Shown: one piece after another, positions 1 through 10,783 of the stretch
How the letters are laid out: every line of letters starts with the position of its first letter
Position numbering within the stretch: the first letter of the stretch is position 1
Assembly (NCBI RefSeq): GCF_001194135.2
Contig: NC_068985.1
Coordinates: forward strand, 37,833,685 to 37,897,684
Source of the DNA: Octopus bimaculoides
Taxonomy: Eukaryota
Direction of reading: 5' to 3'
Length of the DNA stretch: 64,000 bases
Program-made: the position numbers and the translations under genes
Notes under the pieces: generated by a model
Database searches by the model: none
The model's input: the letters and a program-made list of their open reading frames with translations, nothing else
Told to the model about the DNA's origin: nothing

Positions 1-56
<56 letters not shown>
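1..56. repeat. (TA)n microsatellite
   Basis: Near-perfect TA dinucleotide run at the window start. Confidence 0.95.
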
Positions 57-57
<1 letters not shown>

Positions 58-714
58 TGTTGGTAATATATGTATGTGTGATTATATGTATGCATGTATG
101 TATATAGACAATACGATGTATTTATGCACGAGTACCAATGTACAGCAATTTAGACTAACTAGTGAGAATTGAAGTAACAAAACATGACCAACATACTGGT
201 ACACGAAATTAAATGATTATTAAAATCTTCCCACGAACTCGGAAAGTCCAATTTCAAAATAATGGAATTTGTATGTTGGTAGGTTGGTCTTCCCGTGTTT
301 CAAATTCAACTGCAAGTATTTAGCATTTGGCAAGCACCGGTCGTCATGTCAATATAGCAGCTGAAACAGATAAATCTCTGGCTGTCACATTTAGCTCATG
401 AGCATACATATATATTTTCGCATGCATTAATACTAATATTATCGGGTTATGAAAGACACGTTAAGAGCAGAAATAGAAACGTGGCGGACTTTCCTGAAGA
501 TATTCTGTTGTTCCTGAATAAACGAGGAGATAGGCACAAACATGTTTGCGCGCACGCTTACATACGCACATTTAATCAGAAGTTAGAGTTACTCAAAGTC
601 CGAGAGTTTCGGGCTTTAACTCTTCGTAAATAATAAAATATATATATATATATACATGTTTGTATCACCAAAACTGTCTGTTTGTCTCATATATCTATTT
701 AATCTGTCTCTTCT

Positions 715-875
715 TCTCTCTCTCTGTCTCTCACTCACTCTCTGTGTCTCTCTCTCTCTCTCTCTTTGTCTCTCTCTCTTTGTCTCTCTCTCTCTTTGTT
801 TCTCTCTCTCTTTGTTTCTCTCTCGTTGTCTCTCTCTCTCTCTTTGGCTCTCTCTCTCTCTATTTTCCCACACAC

Positions 876-946
<71 letters not shown>
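715..946. repeat. Compound (TC)n/(CA)n microsatellite
   Basis: Interrupted TC run followed by a CA run; source of the SLSL/THTH/CVCV pseudo-ORFs. Confidence 0.95.
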
Positions 947-950
<4 letters not shown>

Positions 951-1470
951 TTTACTAATATATAAAACGGCTATACCGATCCAATAATAGTGACTGTATA
1001 GGGTCGTTCGATGTGCTTGAAATAACAACCAAATTTCCTCAACATCACACCACTCTGCATTAAAAGGAATGTATGCATTGGATGATATAGATTTACATAG
1101 CCAGTATTTCAGTATGACAGCAAGGTCACATAATTGAAAAACCTTCGATCACTGGTCTGCAAGATGAAAGCAGAAGTGCTGACTAAGAAAAAAAAAAACA
1201 ACAACAATACACAACTAGAAGGAAAGTAATGAATATTACGAACGAATTCGGTGTATGTATGTGAGTTATGTGTGAGTTTGTTGGTGCAGGTGTTTGATAT
1301 GAACATAATAATGTTGCGTCATCTTGAACGAAGGAAAAATGAACACCATCTTGTAAACTTTCGGCTACAATGTGTAGTATATCTAAAATAGGGAATACAC
1401 CGTAGACACACAGACACACTTATTCCGTATCGCACATGTATGTGTGTATGTGAGTATATATATATACACA

Positions 1471-1652
1471 CCGTATTTTAACGTGTATAAGGAACCCTTG
1501 TGTCTATAAGAAACCCTCTAATTTTGGGGGATTAAAATCTGGAAAAAAGTGTTTTGTAAGGGATTATAATACCAACCATGTATAAGGAACTCCCGTATTT
1601 TTAAACCTAATTTTTGATAAAAGAGGGTTCCTTTATACACGTTAAAATATGG
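1471..1652. mobile_element. MITE with ~28-bp terminal inverted repeats, Tc1/mariner superfamily (Tc2-like CCGTA ends)
   Basis: Left end CCGTATTTTAACGTGTATAAGGAACCC is the near reverse complement of right end GGGTTCCTTTATACACGTTAAAATATGG. It sits in TA-rich flanks and has an internal partial copy of TATAAGGAAC near 1580. Confidence 0.8.
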
Positions 1653-1661
1653 TGTATATAT

Positions 1662-1716
<55 letters not shown>

Positions 1717-1760
1717 TTAAAAATACTTTGCGTTACTCGTGCGTCTCATTCACATCCTCA

Positions 1761-1812
1761 GGTGGTAGAATGCTCGCTTGGCTTGCGAGTTGTACCGGGA
1801 CTGATTCCCGGA
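1761..1812 (+). pseudogene. tRNA-like fragment (Gly-like framework) without an acceptor stem
   Basis: GGTGGTAGAATG-CTCGC-TTGGCTT-GCGAG-TTGTA-CCGGG-ACTGATT-CCCGG: perfect 5-bp anticodon-like and T-like stems with 7-nt loops, resembling tRNA-Gly from GTGGTAGAAT to GATTCCCGG. The B box is degenerate. Confidence 0.5.
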
Positions 1813-2186
1813 TGCTCCTGTAAAATATATTTAAGAATATATATGTTTATATGTATGTATATAATGTATGTTCATGTAATATGTGTACGTATGCATGAAT
1901 ATACATAGCATCTAGTTATGAAGTGACTGTATTTTGAATTAGTGTGTGGCCCCCCAAAGTATCAGTTGAGATTTCGTCAAATGTGTATACATATCTATTT
2001 GTGTGTGCATATGCGTGTGTGTACATGTATATACGCGTTTGTATATATATGAGTTTCTTTATGTATATATATATATATGTGTATATATATGTGAGTGTGT
2101 GTGGTGAGTGTATTTTCCATTTGTTTCTACTTCTATATAAATTTTGAACATATATATGTGTGTATATTTGCATGTAAATATATATA

Positions 2187-2224
<38 letters not shown>

Positions 2225-3292
2225 ATGCCGGATTGGTGTAATATATTTTTCATCCCTTGTAGCATCCATCGCTAGAGTTCTTTAAGAAGTCTTTTAAACG
2301 AGTCTGTGTATTCAAGGAGATTATATTTCAACATTCTCAACACTGGTATAATCACACACATACACACACACACACACACATACACACACACACGCGGACA
2401 CAGTCATGTGTTTGACTATTGACGCGAAAGTATTTATTGCAGCAGTAATATCGAACATCCTTCACCAATATTGGAGAATTCCGTAAAGCCGGTTTCATTA
2501 AAAGAATATTTCTGTGTAAGGCTGCACGCATCAGTGGCCATTATCACAAATAAATAACCAGATGTGTGTGTTAGCCATCATTTTGATTTGACCATACCAC
2601 ACACACACACACATACACATGCAGACGCACACACTTCCACACATGCAAAACACATTCTCACACATACACAAATAAACACGTGCGCGCACATATACTCACA
2701 CGCACATGCACGCACACACACCATGCGCCTGCACAGCGAATATACATTTGTATAAAGAGACACTTCGTATTAAAAGGCAGAAGACGTCATTATGTACGAA
2801 AATTGTGCTCGCATATTGCGCGCGCGTGTGTGCGTGTAGGCGTGCGTAAACATGTGTGTTTGTGTATGTATGGATATATCGAGAACATGTGAAATAATAG
2901 TGGTTTTGAATAATGGTCCTTGAAGCTCACTCTTATTTACAAAAAGTTCTTCATAAATGTATGTGCTGTGCTTCGAGAACAACTATTCCAAAAAACAGCT
3001 TCATAAAATTTATATATATATATATGATGTTCGTGTATGTGTATGTGTGTGTGTGTGAAGAATGAGAGAATGATAGTGTGAAATCCACTGTAGTACACGA
3101 TGAGTTCCATTACTTATTGATCCCAAAATGCTGACTTAAGTGAGATTTGAACTCACAACGCAGAGGATCTAAACGAACTCCACAACTGAATCAAACCGGT
3201 GCTCCAACAGCACACACACACACATGCACATGCACACACATGCACATACACACACATGCTCACGTATGTCTTATATATAAATATATGCACGT

Positions 3293-3331
<39 letters not shown>

Positions 3332-3465
3332 CATGCACACATAAATATATACATACAGATACACGCATGCATACACATGTATATATGTATATACATAGAA
3401 CATACGCATATATATATATATATATATATATACATTATATATAATAACATAAATAATATATAATA

Positions 3466-3507
<42 letters not shown>

Positions 3508-3932
3508 CAAGTATTCTTATGTATTATGTATATACATATATACATGTGTATGCATGCGTGTATATGTAAGTATATATTTATGTGGATGCCTATATATATA
3601 CACACACGCACATACACACGTGCATATATTTATATATAGATGTATATGAACGTTTGCTACGCACACACACACACACACACTTCATATGTGTTCTCACAAC
3701 ATTGATACGGCTAAACCTGGCCAGTCCTCTCTAATTCTAAATCTAAACAGATGTTCCATCTTTTTGCTTCCATCTAGAATTGCATTCATCAAACACGTTT
3801 TCTTCTTTCTTCATTCACTCTGTATATTTATTTCCTGTGTTATCTTTTACTCTGTCTCTCTATGTCGGCGGTTTTATGTTGGTGCATCTCTCAGCCGATT
3901 TGTGTATATGTTTGCGTATGTACATACGTACT

Positions 3933-3978
<46 letters not shown>

Positions 3979-3979
3979 G

Positions 3980-4153
3980 NNNNNNNNNNNNNNNNNNNNN
4001 NNNNNNNNNNNNNNNNNNNNNNNNNNNNNNNNNNNNNNNNNNNNNNNNNNNNNNNNNNNNNNNNNNNNNNNNNNNNNNNNNNNNNNNNNNNNNNNNNNNN
4101 NNNNNNNNNNNNNNNNNNNNNNNNNNNNNNNNNNNNNNNNNNNNNNNNNNNNN
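3980..4153. other. Assembly gap, first of ~15 (others 5370-5468, 5747-5756, 5944-5953, 16426-17137, 19663-19777, 26592-26601, 32340-32486, 39391-39435, 40164-40673, 42063-42101, 46803-46953, 52133-52307, 54808-54835, 61817-~62535)
   Basis: N runs, most flanked by microsatellites, as expected of a short-read draft assembly. Confidence 0.98.
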
Positions 4154-5242
4154 TATATATATATATATATATGAGTTTACTATAAAACATTCATATTTAT
4201 AGGCACGCGTGGATGTCTGTCTACTTGCTTGTGCGTGTGTATATATCTAGTTTAGCTATCCGTGTCTGTCTATTTAACAAGTATGTTACCTTTAAAGAAA
4301 CGTGTTAAATGTTTAATAGTTTTATTCATCTATACGCTATTCCTTGCCTCTGTCCATCACTTTATCTAAAAAAATCTCGTCTTCCTGTTAAACCATCTGT
4401 CCTTCCAGTTTCCTTTATATTTGTTTTGTTTTCTTTCGACTATCTCTAAATCTCAATATAGAGCGTAATTTATCATGTATGTCTTTGTAATTAATTTACT
4501 CCTAGTTTTGTTGCTGTTGCTATTTAACTATTTGATTAGCTCCGATTCGAGATAGTGTATATCTTTGATCAATGATGTCTCCAGCTGTGACCATCTAGTC
4601 TGCTTTTATTTTTATATCATTTTTACACTTTTGTTGTTCTCTTTTACTTTATGAGTCCTATCGTCGTCTACTTTTTTAAGATAGGAGGAATACTTGGCTG
4701 CTATTTCTAGGAAAATCGAACTCTGCTTAGTATGTTCTTTTGTTTATGGGTTGAGGGAAATTGAACGCAGAAAATCAGATAAAATTTATACAAGCGCGCG
4801 CACACACACATACATACATATACACACACACACATGCAAAGAAAGGTATTCCATACTGTCGCATTGTCAGCTAGAAATAACAGCTGGTTATCCCTCAATT
4901 CATACACCCTTACATCTTGAAAATAGAAAATTCTCTTTGGATAATGTACGTGTGAAAAAAAAAAAAAGGGAAAAAGACTGGATAGTCACGACTTGAACGG
5001 CTTTGATCGCAAGTGTGTGTGATCAGGACTGTTCGGGAGATAAACAATACTTACATCTCGAACGAACGAGAGTTTCTGCGGTGTCGCTCAGTCCAACTAG
5101 AAATAATAGTCAAATGTCAAAGTCTGCTATCTAAAAAAGAACAAAAAAAGAAAGAACCGGATACATTGATTATTAAAACGTCAGATGCAGTACAGAGAAA
5201 TATTTGCATGAGTGATATATATATATATGTATATATGTGTGT

Positions 5243-5274
<32 letters not shown>

Positions 5275-5871
5275 ATATATATAAAAATTTAAGGAATGGG
5301 GAAAACGCATGTTATAGCTGCATACTTTATTCCGACATATATATTATATATATATATATATATATTATANNNNNNNNNNNNNNNNNNNNNNNNNNNNNNN
5401 NNNNNNNNNNNNNNNNNNNNNNNNNNNNNNNNNNNNNNNNNNNNNNNNNNNNNNNNNNNNNNNNNNNNCACACACACACACACACTTTTCACTAACTCGT
5501 ACACGATGAGAGGGTGAGAAAGAGAGAGAGAGGGAGGAAGAGAAGAAGAAGAAGAAGAAGGAGTGGGGGGGAAAAGAGTAAGCACGCGCGCACAATTTGT
5601 CCGGTCACTTTTTTCACCCCTTCTCTCTTTCTCTTTTCTCTGTTCTACAAGCACAAAACCTCACTTTCCGATGCTTCCAGAACAACAACGTCCATGCCGC
5701 TGCTCACTTGCGTCTTCTTTCAGAACAGCATCATCATCGTTGCACANNNNNNNNNNAACGTCCATGCTGCCGCTCACTTGCGTCTTCTTTCAGAACAGCA
5801 TCATTATCGTTGCACATGTTCGGAACGACTTGCAACACATGTTTTCTACCTTTGTCCAGTAACATTAGTCA

Positions 5872-5943
<72 letters not shown>

Positions 5944-5953
5944 NNNNNNNNNN

Positions 5954-5991
<38 letters not shown>

Positions 5992-6146
5992 CTTTTCTCT
6001 TGGTTCACACTCACACGCATACACATTCTTTCTGCCTTTCCAACTCTTTCCAAGACATTAACTCTCAGCTCTCTCTCTCCTCTCTTTCTCTCTCTCTCTT
6101 TCTCTTTCTCTCTCTTTCTCTGTCTCTCTCTCTGTCTGTCTGTCTG

Positions 6147-6179
<33 letters not shown>

Positions 6180-6384
6180 CAAATGCAGACATCAGGGGAT
6201 CGTATCTGCAGCAAAACTATTAAAACCCTAGTAGCATTTAGAAAGCAACTATCATTGTGGAAGTTATTTTATATAAATAGCCTGTTTCCCCTCTGCCCTT
6301 CTGTTTCTTATCTCTCACCAGTGTCCTTTAAATATCTTTAAAAGTGAAAAGTGTATGTTGTATAATACAGTCTGTGATATAAAA

Positions 6385-6640
6385 ACGTGATGGTCATGGC
6401 TAGATCGCCTGATCTTATGTCTGTTTCACCAAGCCTGATTTGTCTGTTTTAAGGTGCGACGATATGTTAAAAATAGCAGCAAAATCCCAATCATACTCAG
6501 CTATCTTATTAAAAAAAAAAACGCATAGAATAATATAGTGCAGCGTAAACTGTCTAAAATTTGACGATGATGGTCATTTCTGGAACGTCTTGTATCGATC
6601 ACATCTACTTAAGATTGGGACCAAACAAGTTATTTTGCAA
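6385..6640 (+). repeat. Old dispersed repeat, family D (related copies ~965-1070, 8450-8770, 13990-14190, 20000-20390, 50980-51110, 53335-53530, 63600-63730)
   Basis: Recurring degenerate motifs AAATAGCAGC(C)AAATC..CAAATCACAC, GATGGTCATGGCTGGAA..CCTTTGATC and GATCTACTTAATCAG in both orientations. Class unknown. Confidence 0.55.
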
Positions 6641-6660
6641 TATTGTTAGGGCTTTACTCT

Positions 6661-6910
6661 TATTCGACGCGGCAGCTGCGGGCTGGAAGAGGCCTCAAGG
6701 CAGGCCCCTGCACCAAGTTGACTGCACATGATTAGGCAAGATCTTCAGAGGTTCAAAGTCACCTTGGAGGATGCAGAGGGGTTAGCACGGGACTGCCAGC
6801 AATGGATAACACTGGTGGACCTGGTCGTATCTATACATGATGACCTCTCTGGAACCACTAGCCTAGGATTACCCTTGCCTCATCAAGCAAGAGCATGAAG
6901 CAAGCAAGCA
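6661..6910 (+). mobile_element. 5'-truncated RTE-clade LINE 3' end (decayed ORF2 C-terminus plus CAAG tail)
   Basis: With two frameshifts it translates to GWKRPQGRP..LHMIRQDLQRFKVTLEDAEGLARDCQQWITLVDLV, matching the KRPRGRP..W.D.I..DL......A.DR..WR.LV pattern of RTE ORF2 termini. It ends in (CAAG)n. Confidence 0.8.
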
Positions 6911-6929
6911 TATGGTTAAGGAGACAATA

Positions 6930-7810
6930 CCATCAAGCCACGTACTTCATTGGTACTCGTTTTAAATTAATCCTGGGGTGTTGAAAAGCAGAGATAAAGT
7001 TGGCAGGATTAGTAGTAGTACTAAGAGCATAAAGCGCCGGAACAAACACCGCGAGACATTGGTTTTTACGCTCTAATGGTTCTGCAAGCTGACAACCTTT
7101 TAATCATAATTTTGTACTTAGGCACACAAGCCTAGCAGTTTTGAGTGGAGGCAGTTAATCATTCTAATCTGACCCAGCACATGACTGGTTCTCTTAAAAT
7201 ATTTTTCCCAGGCGCTCGAACGATTTGCCAGTTCGAATGTTGTAATAATCCTTTCCAGTAAAAGGCCTGAAATTTAGTGGGGTGTAGTCTAGTCAAATAC
7301 ATCAACCCCAGTGGTTAACTGATACTTATTTTATTGACTCTGAAAGAATGAAAGGCAAAGTCGACTTCGATGGAGTTTGAACTCAGAAAGTAAAGTCAAA
7401 AGAAGTGCCGCTCAGCATTTTGTCCGATCTGCTAACGATTCTAGCATTAATAATAATAAATAATCATTAATAATAATAAATCTTATTTCTTTATTGCCCA
7501 TAAGGGGCTAAACATGGAGGGACAAACAAGGACAGACAAAGGGTAACTGGTACTTAATTTATCGACCCTGAAAGGATGAAAGGCAAAGTCTACTCTATGT
7601 ACAAAGCCTGAAATTTTGGGGGAGGGGGCTAGCCGATTACATCGATCCCAGTGTTCGTCTAGTACTTGTTTTATCGACCCTGAAAAATTGAAAGGTGAAG
7701 TCGACCACGGCGGAATTTGAACTCAAAACGTAAAGACGGGCGAAGTACCGTTAAGCATTTTTTCTTTCCTATCTGGCGTGTTAACGATTTTGCCATCTCA
7801 ACCACCTTGG
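6930..7810 (-). mobile_element. Cluster of 4-5 family A SINE copies/fragments in the same orientation
   Basis: Repeated GGTACTT..TTTATCGACCC.GAAAG.ATGAAAGGCAAAGTCGAC..GGAATTTGAACTCAGAA motifs at ~6950, 7320, 7550 and 7660. Confidence 0.8.
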
Positions 7811-8250
7811 TTAATAAAAATAATCCATATTCTAGAAATAAGTGCATCCTTAAATGTTTACTTCTATCTCTTTCCTCCTCTTTTTTGATCTCATTTTTCT
7901 ATCCTTCATTACTATAAAATCTGTAAATTTCCATGTTTGCTCAGCTGTTTGTGGAGTTGTTGTCTTGATGTATGCAACGTCTTTGGTTTGGGACTATTAT
8001 TATTTCTTGCCTTGTGAACAAATAACTTTATTTTCAGCATTAACTTATTCTGTTGTTATAGGGTTACATAGTGTTTAGATTGTACGTGACCTTAGACTGA
8101 TTCGTTTAATTTATAAAACTGCTATAGGTTCAGAACCGACATTTTACCCACTTTCCTATGTGGGTGCAACTAACAAACAGGATTATGTGTTGCTGGATGA
8201 AACATGTGCACGTGCTTATTTAAACGTAACCTATGATTATCATTGTGAAC

Positions 8251-8445
8251 ACGCGTAGCTTAGTATTTACGGTGTTGAACTCCAAATCGCAAGGTTGTGG
8301 TTTCAATTCCCGGATCGGGCGGTGCATGTGTTCTTGAGCAAAACACTTCGTTTCACGTTGTTCTGCGACCACCTTGACATCTGATTTGTATTTGTGGCAC
8401 ACTGTTCACCCACACAGGCAATGCCGATTTGGAGGCAGCGAGCTA
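8251..8445 (+). mobile_element. SINE with family C-type tRNA-derived head and a divergent body
   Basis: Head GTAGCTTAGT..GGTTTCAATTCCCGGATCGGGCGGTGCATGTGTTCTTGAGCAAAACACTTCGTTTCACGTTG is shared with the copies at 25275-25398 and 47831-48148. Confidence 0.7.
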
Positions 8446-9187
8446 ATGATCAAAACAAACATTTGATCGCTATAGACAAGCCGTCCATGCTGGTTATCTT
8501 GCATAAAGTTGCGGAAACCTCATCTATCCTTTACGACAAAAGGGTCTGCCATGGTTATCATTATCGTTTTGATCAGCGTCGTCACTGACCTTTTAGAAAC
8601 AGCAGCCTAATATCCCTTCAAACCACACTTTATTATTTTCAAAAAAGGGAGAACACACCGGTTAATGGAGTCCTGTAAATAGTTTTAGTAATAAACATGA
8701 AATGGTCTCAGTCGGATCGTTATCACCATCATCGATCTACTTAATCAGAACTAATTTGGGTTCAAACAGGATCAATTTTTTTACCCATAACCAAGTGTCA
8801 TCATTTATCTCGAAATTATCACCTACCATCATCCACCATCATCATTATTAGCGAGAGGAGCGAGCACTGTATATTAGTAAGATGAACCCCGTGTAATCCA
8901 AAAATGCAAATCGTTGTTTGATTCTCAGTTACATGAAGACATAAACATCAACTCATTGTCCATTTCAGAAATAGATAATCGAGTGTTGCAAGTAAGAAAA
9001 AAAAAAAAAAAATCATCAGCGTACTTGATATTTTACTCAAACTCTCTGAAATCCTGTCGGATTCTACATCAGTGAGATTAGAACTCAAAAACGAGGAAGA
9101 TAAACCTAAACGTTTGCAAAACAATATATTCTAACGTTGAGTTGCCCATCTTCGTTGCAGGTTAATAAAATAAACCAATCTACTGCA

Positions 9188-9392
9188 AGCACAAGGACTA
9201 AAATTTTGGCGGAGGGGATCTTGTCAATTATGTCGACTCCAATGCCTAATTAGTACTTATTTTATCGAACCCGAAGGGATGAAAGGTAAAGACGACTTCG
9301 GCGTAATCTGAACTCAGAACGTAAAAACGGACGAAACGCCGCTAAATATTTTGTCCGGCAGGCTAACAGAACATTTCTGTTAGCTCACCACT
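9188..9392 (-). mobile_element. Family A SINE
   Basis: Matches the family A motifs along its length (TACTTATTTTATCGAACCCGAAGGGATGAAAGG..AACTCAGAACGTAAAAACGGACGAAACGCCGCTAA). Confidence 0.85.
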
Positions 9393-10376
9393 TTTGAGTA
9401 TAATAAAATAATAAATTGAGAATATTGGTAAAAGAACTATGGAAATTTTTTCTTCACATAATGAACAAATAGAATCGAATGAAAAGTGTGGTTACATATT
9501 TCCGAACTCTATTTGCGTCAACAGAAAAACCGATAGCAAAGAAAAAATAATAAAGAGGAAACAAACAATATTAAATGAATAATGCTTTTTTAAAAGCCGA
9601 CATTTCTATTAGAGCCTTCTGAATACGTTAAAATATTGGCTTCTTACACAAGCCACCTTATGTAAGAGTGAGGTGAATTAATGGCATTGATTTTCCGAAA
9701 TGTAAAAATCCACCCTGTAGGATTTGAACTCATAGCCCGAAGGAATAAAACATGATACTGAAGTGCATTTAATGTCAGTCAATCACTCAGTCCTAGCAAA
9801 TATCCCCCCACCCACGCAATGAACGCATTAAATCGATTTGTTTTTTTTGTTTTTTTATGCTTTGCCATTTTAGAATAAAAATATTGTAAAATATTAGACA
9901 TAAAGTTATGTAAATCTTTTTAAGAAAACGTCCCCCCCGCCACCCATCGCCAAATAATATAGAACAAGATTCTTTCTTGTGAACCATAAGAATTCATAAC
10001 GCTGATAGTGGTGCTTAACTCCAGATTTCAAAGTGTTAAGTGGAGGGAGTAAGACGAAGAGAACACTAATCTTACAACACGAAGCTTTGCTCTTAGAATA
10101 TAAAATTTGACAACCGGATGCTTATTCAGTACAACTATGTAGACTTAAGTGCCCTGCCTTATACAATGAAACACCTGCGGCAGGGTTCACTCACAGCCTG
10201 TGAATTGCAATCAGTACTTTAATTATCCACTCCATTATTACATCTTTAAAACAAATCGCAACAGGCCACAGAATTCATAAGCAAGACGATAATATTATCT
10301 TCGCGATATTTCAAAGAATAAATAAATCCTCTGTTTGATCAAGAAACTGCTACCGTTTCAGTGTTTTGTACTGAGA

Positions 10377-10783
10377 GGGGTAGGAGTGGCTGTGTGGTAA
10401 GTAGCTTGCTTACCAACCACATGGTCCCGGGTTCAGTCCCACTGCGTGGCATCTTGGGCAAGTGTCTTCTACTATAGCCCCGGGCCGACCAAAGCCTTGT
10501 GAGTGGATTTGGTAGACGGAAACTGAAAGAAGCCCGTCGTATATATGTATATATATATGTATGTATGTATGTGTTTGTGTGTCTGTGTTTGTCCCCCCAA
10601 CATCGCTTGACAACCGATGCTGGTGTGTTTATGTCCACGTAACTTAGCGGTTCGGCAAAACAAACCGATAGAATAAGTACTAGGCTTCTAAAGAATAAGT
10701 CCTGGGGTCGATTTGCTCGACTAAAGGCGGTGCTCCAGCATGGCCACAGTCAAAAGACTGAAACAAGTAAAAGAGTAAAAGAG
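10377..10783 (+). mobile_element. Family B tRNA-derived SINE, full length, with internal (TA)(TG) microsatellite
   Basis: A-box-like TGGCTGTGTGGTAAG, B-box-like GGTTCAGTCCC, central microsatellite and 3' (GAGTAAAA)n tail. Near-identical to 51923-52400 and to the reverse copies. Confidence 0.92.

Noticed and set aside
5040-5110. Minus-strand donor GAT|GTAAGT and similar isolated donors (15840, 42867, 46437)
   Set aside because: No convincing paired acceptor with an open, protein-like frame. They could be UTR exons but are unsupported.
5687-5816. 60-bp tandem duplication across a 10-N gap
   Set aside because: Near-identical copies (3 differences) on either side of a placeholder gap most likely reflect overlapping contig ends or two haplotypes.
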